Source: Minisyncoccia bacterium
GTDB taxonomy: Bacteria > Patescibacteriota > Minisyncoccia > Phycocordibacterales > UBA9973
DNA length: 64,000 nt
Assembly: GCA_038323465.1 (NCBI GenBank)
Contig: JBBQGX010000001.1
Location: forward strand, 10,980-74,979
Direction: 5' to 3'
The notes beneath the pieces are model-generated. The model ran no database searches. It saw only the letters and a list, made by a program, of their open reading frames with translations, and was not told the origin of the DNA. The translations under genes were made by a program, and so were the position numbers. Positions 47,584-56,241 of this stretch are shown piece by piece; position 1 is the first letter of the stretch; each line of letters begins with the position of its first letter.

Positions 47584-48495
47584 TTATAAACTACTCCACC
47601 TCGCAAAGATACCACAAGGCAATAATCTTTTGCTAGCACTTTCTTCTATAACCAATTCTCCAGTTTCAATATCACCTTTATAATCTTTCATCATATCTAT
47701 AAGTATATTCTGGTATGCAATAGCAGAATATCCTGCGGTATATCCATTTATAAGGATAAATAATGGATCATCTGAAAGCACTTGTTTACATAAATCTATT
47801 AAATTTAAAAAATCCTCTTCAATTTTCCATAACTCATCTTTTGGACCATGACCAAAAGACGGTGGATCCATAATAATAGCATCATACTTTCTTTCTCTTT
47901 TTATCTCTCTTTTTAAAAATAAAATAACATCTTCTATAAGCCAACGAATTGGTGCCTCTCTTAGTCCTGAGAGTTCAGCATTTCCTCTGGCCCAAAATAC
48001 AGCATTTTTAGAAGCATCAACATGACAGACTTCAGCCCCAGCTTTGGCACAGGCAAGTGTTGCACCACCTGTATAAGCAAATAAATTCAAAATTTTAATG
48101 GATTCGCTCTTCAAGGCCTTACATTGGGCTCCTTTAAGGCAAGACCTTTCCCCACTCACATTCTTAATTATCTTCTCCATCCATTCCCAGTTTGGGAGTT
48201 GTTCAGGAAAAAGTCCCATGTGTTTAAATGAAGTTGGTTTAATAGAAAAAGTTAAATCACCATATAAAATATTCCAATTATTTGGAACACCATTTTTGAT
48301 AATCCATTTAGTTTTTGTTCCTTCACGAATAAATTCTAAATCTGCTTTTTCCCATTCTTTATCATCTAAAGTTTTTTTCCAAATAGCCTCAGGGTCAGGG
48401 CGAGACAAAAGATACTTGCCATATCTTTCAAGTTTCTTACCATCACCTGTATCTACAAGTTCATATTCTTTTTGTTTTGTTGTTTTTAGTATCAT
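47584..48495 (-). CDS. Class I SAM-dependent methyltransferase (RlmI/YwbD-like)
   Basis: KLERYG, HMGLFPEQ, LNLFAYTGG, DPPSFG. Confidence 0.9.
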   Translation of the reverse strand: MILKTTKQKEYELVDTGDGKKLERYGKYLLSRPDPEAIWKKTLDDKEWEKADLEFIREGTKTKWIIKNGVPNNWNILYGDLTFSIKPTSFKHMGLFPEQLPNWEWMEKIIKNVSGERSCLKGAQCKALKSESIKILNLFAYTGGATLACAKAGAEVCHVDASKNAVFWARGNAELSGLREAPIRWLIEDVILFLKREIKRERKYDAIIMDPPSFGHGPKDELWKIEEDFLNLIDLCKQVLSDDPLFILINGYTAGYSAIAYQNILIDMMKDYKGDIETGELVIEESASKRLLPCGIFARWSSL

Positions 48496-49406
48496 TTTAA
48501 ATATTTTGCAATATTACTCCTGTGTTGACTAAAATCCACACCATAGTGTACCTGACCATTGCTATCATGTAAATAGAACAAATAAGGAGAATCAACTGGT
48601 TTTATAGCTGATAATATTGAAGTAAATCCTGGATTACTAATTGGACTTTTTGGTAAACCATAATTTTTGTATGTACTTGGATCTGCATCAACCTGTAAAA
48701 GCATCCCTAATTTAAGTCTTTTCCATAAAATTCCAGAAATGATAGGAGCATCATCCTCCCCACCAACTTCTTTTTCTAATATTGAGGCCATGATTATTGT
48801 ATCTGATAAACTTTTATTTGAGCTTTTCAATTCTTTATCAAGAGATGCAATTCTTTTTTTAAAATTTGAAGTCATTTCTACTAAAATCTCATCCGTAGTA
48901 GCAAGTGGGAAGAAAAAATAAGTATCTGGAAATAAATATCCTTGCTTACTCCTTGGATCAGTCAAAAATAGATCTCTTTGAAAATTTAGAATTTTATCTG
49001 CTAATAAATCAGACATCTGTAAATTCGTTAATCCTTCTTTAAATGTTATTCGAATTCTCTCTATACGATGGATTCCTCGGCCAATTTGCCAAGCAACATT
49101 CCACAAATATTCTCCTTTAACAAATTTATAATCACCACTTTGAATTTTTTTATCTGAAGAAATGATCAAAACAAATATTTTTAATAAGATAGGATTACGA
49201 ACAACTTTTTCTGATTCTAGAACATTAGAAATTTTAGACAAAGAATCATTTGAAGAAATATGGATTATCACATCTTTTTCATGTATTGGCGCTCTTAATA
49301 AATAAGATCCAATAATAACTAAAAAGCTTATTGTAAGAATAGTGTTTAAAACTAATTTAGATTTGGAATTATTACCAACTTTTTTTTCTCCTTTTAAAAT
49401 ATCCAT
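48492..49406 (-). CDS. mltG: Endolytic transglycosylase MltG
   Basis: N-terminal TM, GYLFPDTY, ASILEKE, LQVD, LP.SPISNPG, YLFY. Confidence 0.93.
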   Translation of the reverse strand: MDILKGEKKVGNNSKSKLVLNTILTISFLVIIGSYLLRAPIHEKDVIIHISSNDSLSKISNVLESEKVVRNPILLKIFVLIISSDKKIQSGDYKFVKGEYLWNVAWQIGRGIHRIERIRITFKEGLTNLQMSDLLADKILNFQRDLFLTDPRSKQGYLFPDTYFFFPLATTDEILVEMTSNFKKRIASLDKELKSSNKSLSDTIIMASILEKEVGGEDDAPIISGILWKRLKLGMLLQVDADPSTYKNYGLPKSPISNPGFTSILSAIKPVDSPYLFYLHDSNGQVHYGVDFSQHRSNIAKYLK

Positions 49407-49412
49407 ATTAAA

Positions 49413-50756
49413 TTATATAGGCAAATTGGAAGGCGGTTTGGCAATTTTTGACTCAATACGCTTAAAGCTTGGAGTTTCTGAAACTATACCTGGGAAATGA
49501 AAAATAGTAGCTAACTCTTCAGTTGAGAGAACCATGAGTTCTGGTCTACCAGCTGGTAGAAAAGCTTTCAAAACTGCTGGTAATTTGAAAGTATATTGAA
49601 GCGGTGGATGGAAAAATATACGAAGTCTATACCAATCAAGCATTCTTTTCTTTTTGGCAGTCAGAGCAAGGCCAGTCGGATCAGACCATGGTGCATCAAA
49701 TTGAGTAGCATTAATACGGTCAAATTCATTAATGGAAGGTTGAGCATATTGACGGAAAAGCAGACGTACGTCGCGACGCAAATTCTGAAATTGATCTTCA
49801 GTGCAAAGTCTCTTATCAGAAAGAGTTACAACTCGAATACCAGTATCAAAATGCAACTGTTGAATATTGGCTGTCATTTGCTTCACCATTGGATCAAGAA
49901 AAGATGGAGCACGTACTTCCATAACAGAACCTCCTGGTCCTAACCCCCCCGTTGCACTGAATTTAGTATAAGGTTTAAGTAACTCACGCATAAATTCTTC
50001 GGCTGCGACATAAAAGTCGACATGTTTTTTTTGAATGTGACTATGATACATCTTGGTACATTGTCTTATTAATATTTGAATCCAAACTTGTTGACCATTA
50101 GGGATAGAACCAAGATACTCTATAACTGGTGTAATCGGATCAATTTTAAATTCTTCTTTAATACCCGTTTTCATATCATCACCCATAGCCTTGTATGTTT
50201 TAATTGGTAGAAAATCTTCTTTCATTTTTCTAAATTCACAGCCCCAAGTATTCCAATCTCCGTCTTTTTTATATTGAGGCACATGAAAAGCATAATCATC
50301 AACTTCAACAACTTTAGCTTGGGGATACTGGCCGTAAATTTGAGTCTCAACGAGGTTACGCATCCTGGTTGGTGTACGAATGTAAAAATGAACCCGTCCA
50401 TCAATGGAAGCAATCTCGAGTGAAAACCAAAACCATGGAGCTCCTTGTATGTATTGCTCCCAGAAACCTTTATTACTTCGATGGTAGAAGGCATTGGCTA
50501 TAACTAATTCCATGGCTGCTGGTGATTTAATAACATCACGAGGAACTTGAACTTCAAGTAGAACCCATTTGATTCCCATGATAAATCGTTCTTGTCTATA
50601 ATGATGCCATAAAATAAGTGCCAGATATGTTAAAGGAATCGGCATTAAATAGCCTATTCCAACTATCAAGACTTGGAGGAGATTCAAATTGTGAGAATTA
50701 AGAAAGTCTTGGATCATAGATATAATAAATTGAGAATTATAAAACTCATAAAACAA
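49413..50756 (-). CDS. Hypothetical membrane-anchored protein; start uncertain
   Basis: N-terminal TM, FSLEIAS..G.VHFY, YGQYP, ELATIFHFP, PPSNLP C-terminus. Confidence 0.7.
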   Translation of the reverse strand: MFYEFYNSQFIISMIQDFLNSHNLNLLQVLIVGIGYLMPIPLTYLALILWHHYRQERFIMGIKWVLLEVQVPRDVIKSPAAMELVIANAFYHRSNKGFWEQYIQGAPWFWFSLEIASIDGRVHFYIRTPTRMRNLVETQIYGQYPQAKVVEVDDYAFHVPQYKKDGDWNTWGCEFRKMKEDFLPIKTYKAMGDDMKTGIKEEFKIDPITPVIEYLGSIPNGQQVWIQILIRQCTKMYHSHIQKKHVDFYVAAEEFMRELLKPYTKFSATGGLGPGGSVMEVRAPSFLDPMVKQMTANIQQLHFDTGIRVVTLSDKRLCTEDQFQNLRRDVRLLFRQYAQPSINEFDRINATQFDAPWSDPTGLALTAKKKRMLDWYRLRIFFHPPLQYTFKLPAVLKAFLPAGRPELMVLSTEELATIFHFPGIVSETPSFKRIESKIAKPPSNLPI

Positions 50757-50786
50757 AAATTAAATACAAATTTAAAAATCGATAAA

Positions 50787-50891
50787 CTAGTAAGCTCGAA
50801 GATTAGATGAAGTAAAAAAACCAAGCAATACTGCTATTATAATAATACCAAAAATTATTAATATGATGTTAATGATTCCACGATTGTACAT
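50787..50891 (-). CDS. Leaderless 34-aa hydrophobic ORF (not in the ORF track)
   Basis: MYNRGIINIILIIFGIIIIAVLLGFFTSSNLRAY; TGcTATAAT lies 6 nt upstream of the ATG. Confidence 0.5.
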   Translation of the reverse strand: MYNRGIINIILIIFGIIIIAVLLGFFTSSNLRAY

Positions 50892-50920
50892 AGATTTATT
50901 ATAGCACTCAAGGATATATT

Positions 50921-50967
50921 TTAAAAGAAAAATCCCAAAACTTCTTGTTTTAGGATTTTTCTTTTAA
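50921..50967 (-). terminator. Terminator after the sigma4-HTH gene
   Basis: TTAAAAGAAAAATCC...GGATTTTTCTTTTAA. Confidence 0.65.
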
Positions 50968-50968
50968 T

Positions 50969-52000
50969 TTAACAAATTGTATATAAACCTGTTTTATTTT
51001 TTTTGAAGTATTTAGCATTTTGTAAATTAACTAAAATAGTGTTCTTTTTTAGATATCTTTCTTTCATTACTTGATCAATAATATCATCTTTAGTCATAGG
51101 ACCATTCTTTTTCAAAAGTTCCTTGATAACATCACGAACAACACCTGATTTATATCCCCATTCCGAAAGTGCGTAGATTCCTCTTCCAACTAAAACAAAA
51201 CGAGGATCTTTTATAAGTTCATTGTGACAAGTTGCAGTGTGACATTTTTTATCAAAAGTATTAGCAACAGCTTTAGCAACTTCACGGAAATGCATAGGAG
51301 AACCATGTTTACGCATCATCAAAAAAGCATAATCTTTAACTCCACGAGTTTTAATAGAAGATGAAGTAGACTTTCCCCATTCACCGAGTGGGTTCTTACT
51401 AAGGGTTTTTGATATAGAAAGCCATCTCTTTGCAATTTCTTCACTCTTGTATTGTTCAGCTAAATCTTTTACTTCATCTAGAAATCTTGCTACCAGTTCC
51501 GCTTCGGGGATAAGTTGATCATCTGTTAAATTTTCAAATAAATTTTTTAATGATTTATGAACTTGTAGGGATATGTCAGCGTCAACACTCCACCTAGTTT
51601 TAAAATTAACATCTTCTTTATGTTTCGTAAATTCATCTCCGAGAGTTAAATAGAAATGAATATTGTTTTGAATAAGTTTATCTTTTGAAAGATGATTCAA
51701 AAAATCTTGCTCAGAAACAATAGCACCGAGTGTGTGCATTAATTTTTTTAATTCTTCAAAAACAGCTTTTTCATTTTTGAAACTTTCTGATTTACGAATG
51801 AAATTAAGGGCTGAATTTTCAATTTGTCGAACACGTTCACGAGTAATACCATACTTTTGACCGATTGCTTCTAATGTTTTTCTCTCTCCTTCATCTGTAA
51901 GTCCGAAACGATTCACAATTACCTCATGAACACGAGGTTGTAAATTTGTAAGAATACGTTTTGTAACTTGTTTTGGTTTAAATGTAATAGTATTAGCCAT
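50969..52000 (-). CDS. Sigma-70 region 4-like HTH fused to a C-terminal HARE-HTH/RNAP delta-like winged helix
   Basis: RFGL..TLEAIGQKYGITRERVRQIE at the N-terminus; MHFREV..HNELIKDPRFVLVGRGIYAL.EW; no sigma region 2. Confidence 0.8.
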   Translation of the reverse strand: MANTITFKPKQVTKRILTNLQPRVHEVIVNRFGLTDEGERKTLEAIGQKYGITRERVRQIENSALNFIRKSESFKNEKAVFEELKKLMHTLGAIVSEQDFLNHLSKDKLIQNNIHFYLTLGDEFTKHKEDVNFKTRWSVDADISLQVHKSLKNLFENLTDDQLIPEAELVARFLDEVKDLAEQYKSEEIAKRWLSISKTLSKNPLGEWGKSTSSSIKTRGVKDYAFLMMRKHGSPMHFREVAKAVANTFDKKCHTATCHNELIKDPRFVLVGRGIYALSEWGYKSGVVRDVIKELLKKNGPMTKDDIIDQVMKERYLKKNTILVNLQNAKYFKKNKTGLYTIC

Positions 52001-52111
52001 TTGTATTATAAATTAATTTAATAAATATCTTTACACTTTTATAATATCATTACTATTGTATAAAGTCAAATACAATAAGGTGTCAAAACATTCACACAAT
52101 ATGTGTATGTT

Positions 52112-53932
52112 CTATTTTTTACTAGCAACTGTTTTTGCTTTAGATCTGTCTTGCTCTGTCAAAAATTTCTTACGTAATCGAACATTTTTAGGTGTAATTT
52201 CAAGAAATTCATCATCAGCCATAACTTCGAGTGCTCTCTCAATAGAAAGTCGATATGGGGGCTTTACGTTAACAGCTTCATCTGTTCCAGATGAGCGCAT
52301 GTTAGAAAGTTGTTTCCCTTTAGTTGGATTAACGCTCATTTCATCCCCTTTAGTCACGTTTCCAATAACCATCCCTTCGTAAACTTCATCTCCATGTTCA
52401 ACGTAGAGTATTCCTCTTTCTTGTAATGTCCAAAGTGAGAAAGCGGCAACCTTCCCAGTAACCATAGATGTCATCGATCCAACGTCACGTTTTTTTATTT
52501 CTCCAGCATATTCTTTAAAACCAATAAATCGTGAAGCAAGTATTCCTTCTCCTTTTGTATCTACAACAAACTGTCCACGATAACCTAGAAGTCCTCTTGT
52601 TGGAATTTCAATTAACATTCTAGTGATACCTTCTTTTTCGTGCATGTTTGTAATCATTCCACGTCGAGATGTCAACTTTTCTATTACTGCCCCGGAAAAT
52701 TCATTACGAACATCAATAGTCGCTTCTTCGTAAGGTTCAACTTTCATTCCATTCTCTTCTTTGATAATGACGTGAGGTTGAGATACTTGTAATTCATAAC
52801 CTTCTCGGCGCATATTTTCAAGCAAAACAGCAATATGTAATTCGCCTCTTCCATAAACTAAATATCCTTCTTGAACTTCTTCTTCGTCGGGAGTATCAAA
52901 ACTAATTCGAAGTCCAACATTGATTTCAAGTTCTTTCTCAAGTCTCTCTCTTATCTGGCGACTTGTAACATATTTACCCTCACGTCCAGCAAAAGGAGAA
53001 TCGTTCACTAAAAAGTTAAGAGAAATGGTTGGTTCATCAATAGCAATAGAAGGCAATGATGCTGTATCAAGATTATCACAAAGAGTCTCACCTATAAAAA
53101 CATCAGGAATTCCAGCAATCATAGCGATATCACCAGTTGTTACAACATCAACTTCTTTACGTGCTATACCTTCAAATGTAAAAATTTTACTAATACGAGC
53201 ATTTCTATTTACACCATTTGGATTTTTTACAATAACAGTAGAACCAGTTTTAACAGAGCCTCCATATACACGAGCAATAGCCATACGTCCAAGAAAATTG
53301 TCATACCCAAGATTAAATACTTGTGCTTGGAATGCGCCATCTTTATTTATAGAAGCTTCAGGCACTTCTCTTAGTATTAAATCAAGAAGTGGAGTCAGGT
53401 CATTAGAATCATCCCCAAGTTTAAGAAACGCTTTCCCCTGTCTTCCAATAGCATAAATAGTTTTAAAATCAATTTGTTCTTCATTTGCACCTAACTCTAA
53501 AAATAATTCAAGGACTTCTTCGTGAACTCTATCTGGATTGGCTGCTGGTTTATCTATTTTATTAATAACAACAATAGGTTTAAGTCCTAGTTCTAGAGAT
53601 TTTTTCAAAACGAATCTTGTTTGAGGCATAGGACCTTCTTGAGCATCAACAAGAAGAAGAACAGAATCAATAGCGCGTAAAACACGTTCAACTTCAGATC
53701 CAAAATCCGCGTGACCTGGAGTATCCACAATGTTTATCTTTGTGCCCTTGTAATTAACTGACGTATTTTTTGAATATATAGTAATACCACGTTCAAGTTC
53801 AATGGCATTGGAATCCATAGTGACACCTTCTTCAACCATCCCGCATTGCTTCATTAATTGGTCAGTTAATGTTGTTTTGCCGTGATCAACGTGAGCTATG
53901 ATAGCTATATTTCTGATTTCTGTTTGTTTCAT
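52112..53932 (-). CDS. typA: Translational GTPase TypA/BipA
   Basis: AHVDHGKTT, DTPGHADF, NKID, GRGELH, EITPKNVRLRK. Confidence 0.98.
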   Translation of the reverse strand: MKQTEIRNIAIIAHVDHGKTTLTDQLMKQCGMVEEGVTMDSNAIELERGITIYSKNTSVNYKGTKINIVDTPGHADFGSEVERVLRAIDSVLLLVDAQEGPMPQTRFVLKKSLELGLKPIVVINKIDKPAANPDRVHEEVLELFLELGANEEQIDFKTIYAIGRQGKAFLKLGDDSNDLTPLLDLILREVPEASINKDGAFQAQVFNLGYDNFLGRMAIARVYGGSVKTGSTVIVKNPNGVNRNARISKIFTFEGIARKEVDVVTTGDIAMIAGIPDVFIGETLCDNLDTASLPSIAIDEPTISLNFLVNDSPFAGREGKYVTSRQIRERLEKELEINVGLRISFDTPDEEEVQEGYLVYGRGELHIAVLLENMRREGYELQVSQPHVIIKEENGMKVEPYEEATIDVRNEFSGAVIEKLTSRRGMITNMHEKEGITRMLIEIPTRGLLGYRGQFVVDTKGEGILASRFIGFKEYAGEIKKRDVGSMTSMVTGKVAAFSLWTLQERGILYVEHGDEVYEGMVIGNVTKGDEMSVNPTKGKQLSNMRSSGTDEAVNVKPPYRLSIERALEVMADDEFLEITPKNVRLRKKFLTEQDRSKAKTVASKK

Positions 53933-53941
53933 ATGTTGATA

Positions 53942-54030
53942 AAACGAAACAAATTATTTTATAAAAAAATGTCTGGCTCCTTGTCCTCCATCATCCGAAG
54001 ACTTTTTTTAGAATATAATTTGTGAAGTTT
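53942..54030. repeat. Long AT-stem hairpin with a GC-rich core in the typA leader
   Basis: ACAAATTAT..AAAAAAA.GTCT / AGAC-TTTTTTT..ATAATTTGT arms ending about 10 nt before the start codon. Confidence 0.65.
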
Positions 54031-54169
54031 CTAATAAGAGGTGAAAAATAAAATCGCCAATAGGCGAAACTACTTTTAATATATCATGTTTTTTAAAATT
54101 TGTAAAGAAAAATACAAAGATACATCATAAAGATACATCAATACTAATTTGATGATTAAATTTACATAT

Positions 54170-54208
54170 AAAATAGCCATCATCCACAAAGTGAATGATG
54201 GCTATTTT
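54170..54208 (-). terminator. Terminator after the 121-aa orphan
   Basis: AAAATAGCCATCAT...ATGATGGCTATTTT. Confidence 0.7.
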
Positions 54209-54226
54209 TTTAATTGAATATTGAAC

Positions 54227-54592
54227 TTAAAGTTGCAATATCCATAATTTTTCAATTTCCCTTTTTACCAAAGTTGAATTTTTTGTTCTGATTACAAATT
54301 CAGGGTTCCAATAAACCCCATGTTTGAATTTTTTATAAACAACTGGATGATACCATCCACAATTACAATGTACTGCATAAGGGTCTTTGTTTTCATCTCT
54401 TAAGATACCATTTGCAGAACAAAATAATGGTCCTTTTTCTTTTTTTGGTTTTCTTAAAAGATTTTTATCTCTTTTAATTGGAGCCATTGGTCTTGATTTA
54501 GGATCATTAAACATCCTAAATAAATATCTATCTGATTTGAAATTCTCAAGATACTTAAGATACTTTGCAGTGAATACATCATTGTTTAACAT
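54227..54592 (-). CDS. Basic hypothetical protein with HCNCxxxH
   Basis: 121 aa; strong AAAGGAGG Shine-Dalgarno upstream; own terminator. Confidence 0.65.
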   Translation of the reverse strand: MLNNDVFTAKYLKYLENFKSDRYLFRMFNDPKSRPMAPIKRDKNLLRKPKKEKGPLFCSANGILRDENKDPYAVHCNCGWYHPVVYKKFKHGVYWNPEFVIRTKNSTLVKREIEKLWILQL

Positions 54593-54658
54593 AATTATTC
54601 CTCCTTTAAATTAGAAATTATTTATTTTTATTTATTTTTTAATGAACAAATTAAAAGA

Positions 54659-54695
54659 ACTAAAAACCAGCTTTTTTTAAAAGCTGGTTTTTAGT
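54659..54695 (-). terminator. Terminator-like hairpin upstream of the 121-aa orphan
   Basis: ACTAAAAACCAGCTTTT...AAAAGCTGGTTTTTAGT. Confidence 0.6.
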
Positions 54696-54861
54696 AATAA
54701 TTTGTTTTAGATAAATATTATTAACAAAAATCAACCTTCAAATTGAAAGTATAAAAATAGAAACTTCCCCAGAAGCTCTTATTTAAATTTTGATTTTTAC
54801 TAATATTAACCATATTTATATATTTACATTTTTGAAAATTAAAGTCAATCTTTTTGATTTA

Positions 54862-54897
54862 AGAGCTGAAATATAGAAATTTTTATATTTCAGCTCT
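54862..54897 (-). terminator. Terminator after murF
   Basis: AGAGCTGAAATATA...TATATTTCAGCTCT. Confidence 0.65.
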
Positions 54898-54902
54898 CAA
54901 AA

Positions 54903-56213
54903 CTATCTATTCTGCCACTCTTTCTCTTGTCGACATAGAAGCTTACTTGCATGCTCAGGATGTGCCATTATAGCTTTAACTGCCCTTTCTAGCCTCACAC
55001 CTTGTGACCCTTTGATTAAGATTAGGTCTCCTTTCTCAATGATTCCAACAAGAAATTTGGCTGTTGTTATAGATGAATCAAAGATGTAAAGATCCTTCTT
55101 CTTGAACCTACTTTCTATCGCCCCTTCAGCAATAAATTTAGCACGAGGTCCAACGACAATCAACATATCAACAACCTCAGCAACCTTTTCACCTAAATTG
55201 TGATGTTCTTCCTCCGTAAATTTACCAAGCTCGAGCATATCCCCTAAGACTGCGATTTTTCTCTTACCTTTCATTTCCTTTAGAACTTCTACAGCAGCAA
55301 ATGCCGCTACTGGAGAAGAATTATAAGTATCATCAATAATTATAGAATTATTTACCCCTTCAATCAAAGAAAGTCGTCCGGGTGGAGTATTATAGTCACT
55401 AATATAATTTATAGACTGGAGTAAATCACATCCTACTTCTGATGCTACAGCGATAGCCGCGAGTGCTGAGCCAACAAAATTCATTCCTACAATATTTGGC
55501 AGAATCACAGGGAATGTATGTCCATCATGCTCAAGCTTGAAACTAATACCACGAGTAACTTCTACTCCTTCTATGTTGGTTTGTAGATAAGAGAGATAGG
55601 TTGAATGATAAGTTGCATTTTCGTCTATTCCATAAGAAACTGTTCTACGATTAGCTTTATTGTGAATCTCATAAACTTTATCATCATCATGATTTAAAAT
55701 GAGTACTCCATCTGGTTTAAGAGCAAAGGCGAGAGCACTCTTCTCCTCAATAATATCTTCAACACTTTCAAAGAATTCAACATGGACAGGCTTGTCTGGG
55801 AAACGAGTTATAACGACAATATCAGGAGCAAGCCATGGAGCTACATTCTTTTTTATATCACCAGGCTTTCCTACTCCAACTTCCAATATTAGAAATTCAG
55901 GATAATTATGTTTCCATAAAATAATAAAAAATCCCGAAAGAATATTTTCAAACCAAACAAAAGGATTACTCCATCCATTTGGGCAACCCAAAATAGTAAG
56001 GGGTAACCCTATTTCACTATTAAAACTTTTCTCACTTTTACGAATGGTTTTAAATTTTGATAAAACTGTAAATATTGCATCCTTCGTGGAAGTTTTGCCA
56101 ACTGATCCAGTAATAGCAATAATTTTTGGTTTATATTTTTTTAAAACAATTTTAGCTTCCCATGTAAGGATAGAGACTATTATTTTTTTAAATATATTTT
56201 TCATATTTTTCAT
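54903..56213 (-). CDS. murF: UDP-MurNAc-tripeptide--D-Ala-D-Ala ligase (N-terminal domain reduced)
   Basis: ITGSVGKTSTK, NSEIGLPLT, DDTYNSSP, LGDMLELG, KGSQ; exact start uncertain. Confidence 0.92.
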   Translation of the reverse strand: MKNMKNIFKKIIVSILTWEAKIVLKKYKPKIIAITGSVGKTSTKDAIFTVLSKFKTIRKSEKSFNSEIGLPLTILGCPNGWSNPFVWFENILSGFFIILWKHNYPEFLILEVGVGKPGDIKKNVAPWLAPDIVVITRFPDKPVHVEFFESVEDIIEEKSALAFALKPDGVLILNHDDDKVYEIHNKANRRTVSYGIDENATYHSTYLSYLQTNIEGVEVTRGISFKLEHDGHTFPVILPNIVGMNFVGSALAAIAVASEVGCDLLQSINYISDYNTPPGRLSLIEGVNNSIIIDDTYNSSPVAAFAAVEVLKEMKGKRKIAVLGDMLELGKFTEEEHHNLGEKVAEVVDMLIVVGPRAKFIAEGAIESRFKKKDLYIFDSSITTAKFLVGIIEKGDLILIKGSQGVRLERAVKAIMAHPEHASKLLCRQEKEWQNR

Positions 56214-56241
56214 ATAACTCACTACATTCTACTTACTATTT

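Noticed and set aside
50902-50928. CIRCE element (TAGCACTC)
   Set aside because: Only a half site is present; it is explained as the complement of a TGcTATAAT promoter.
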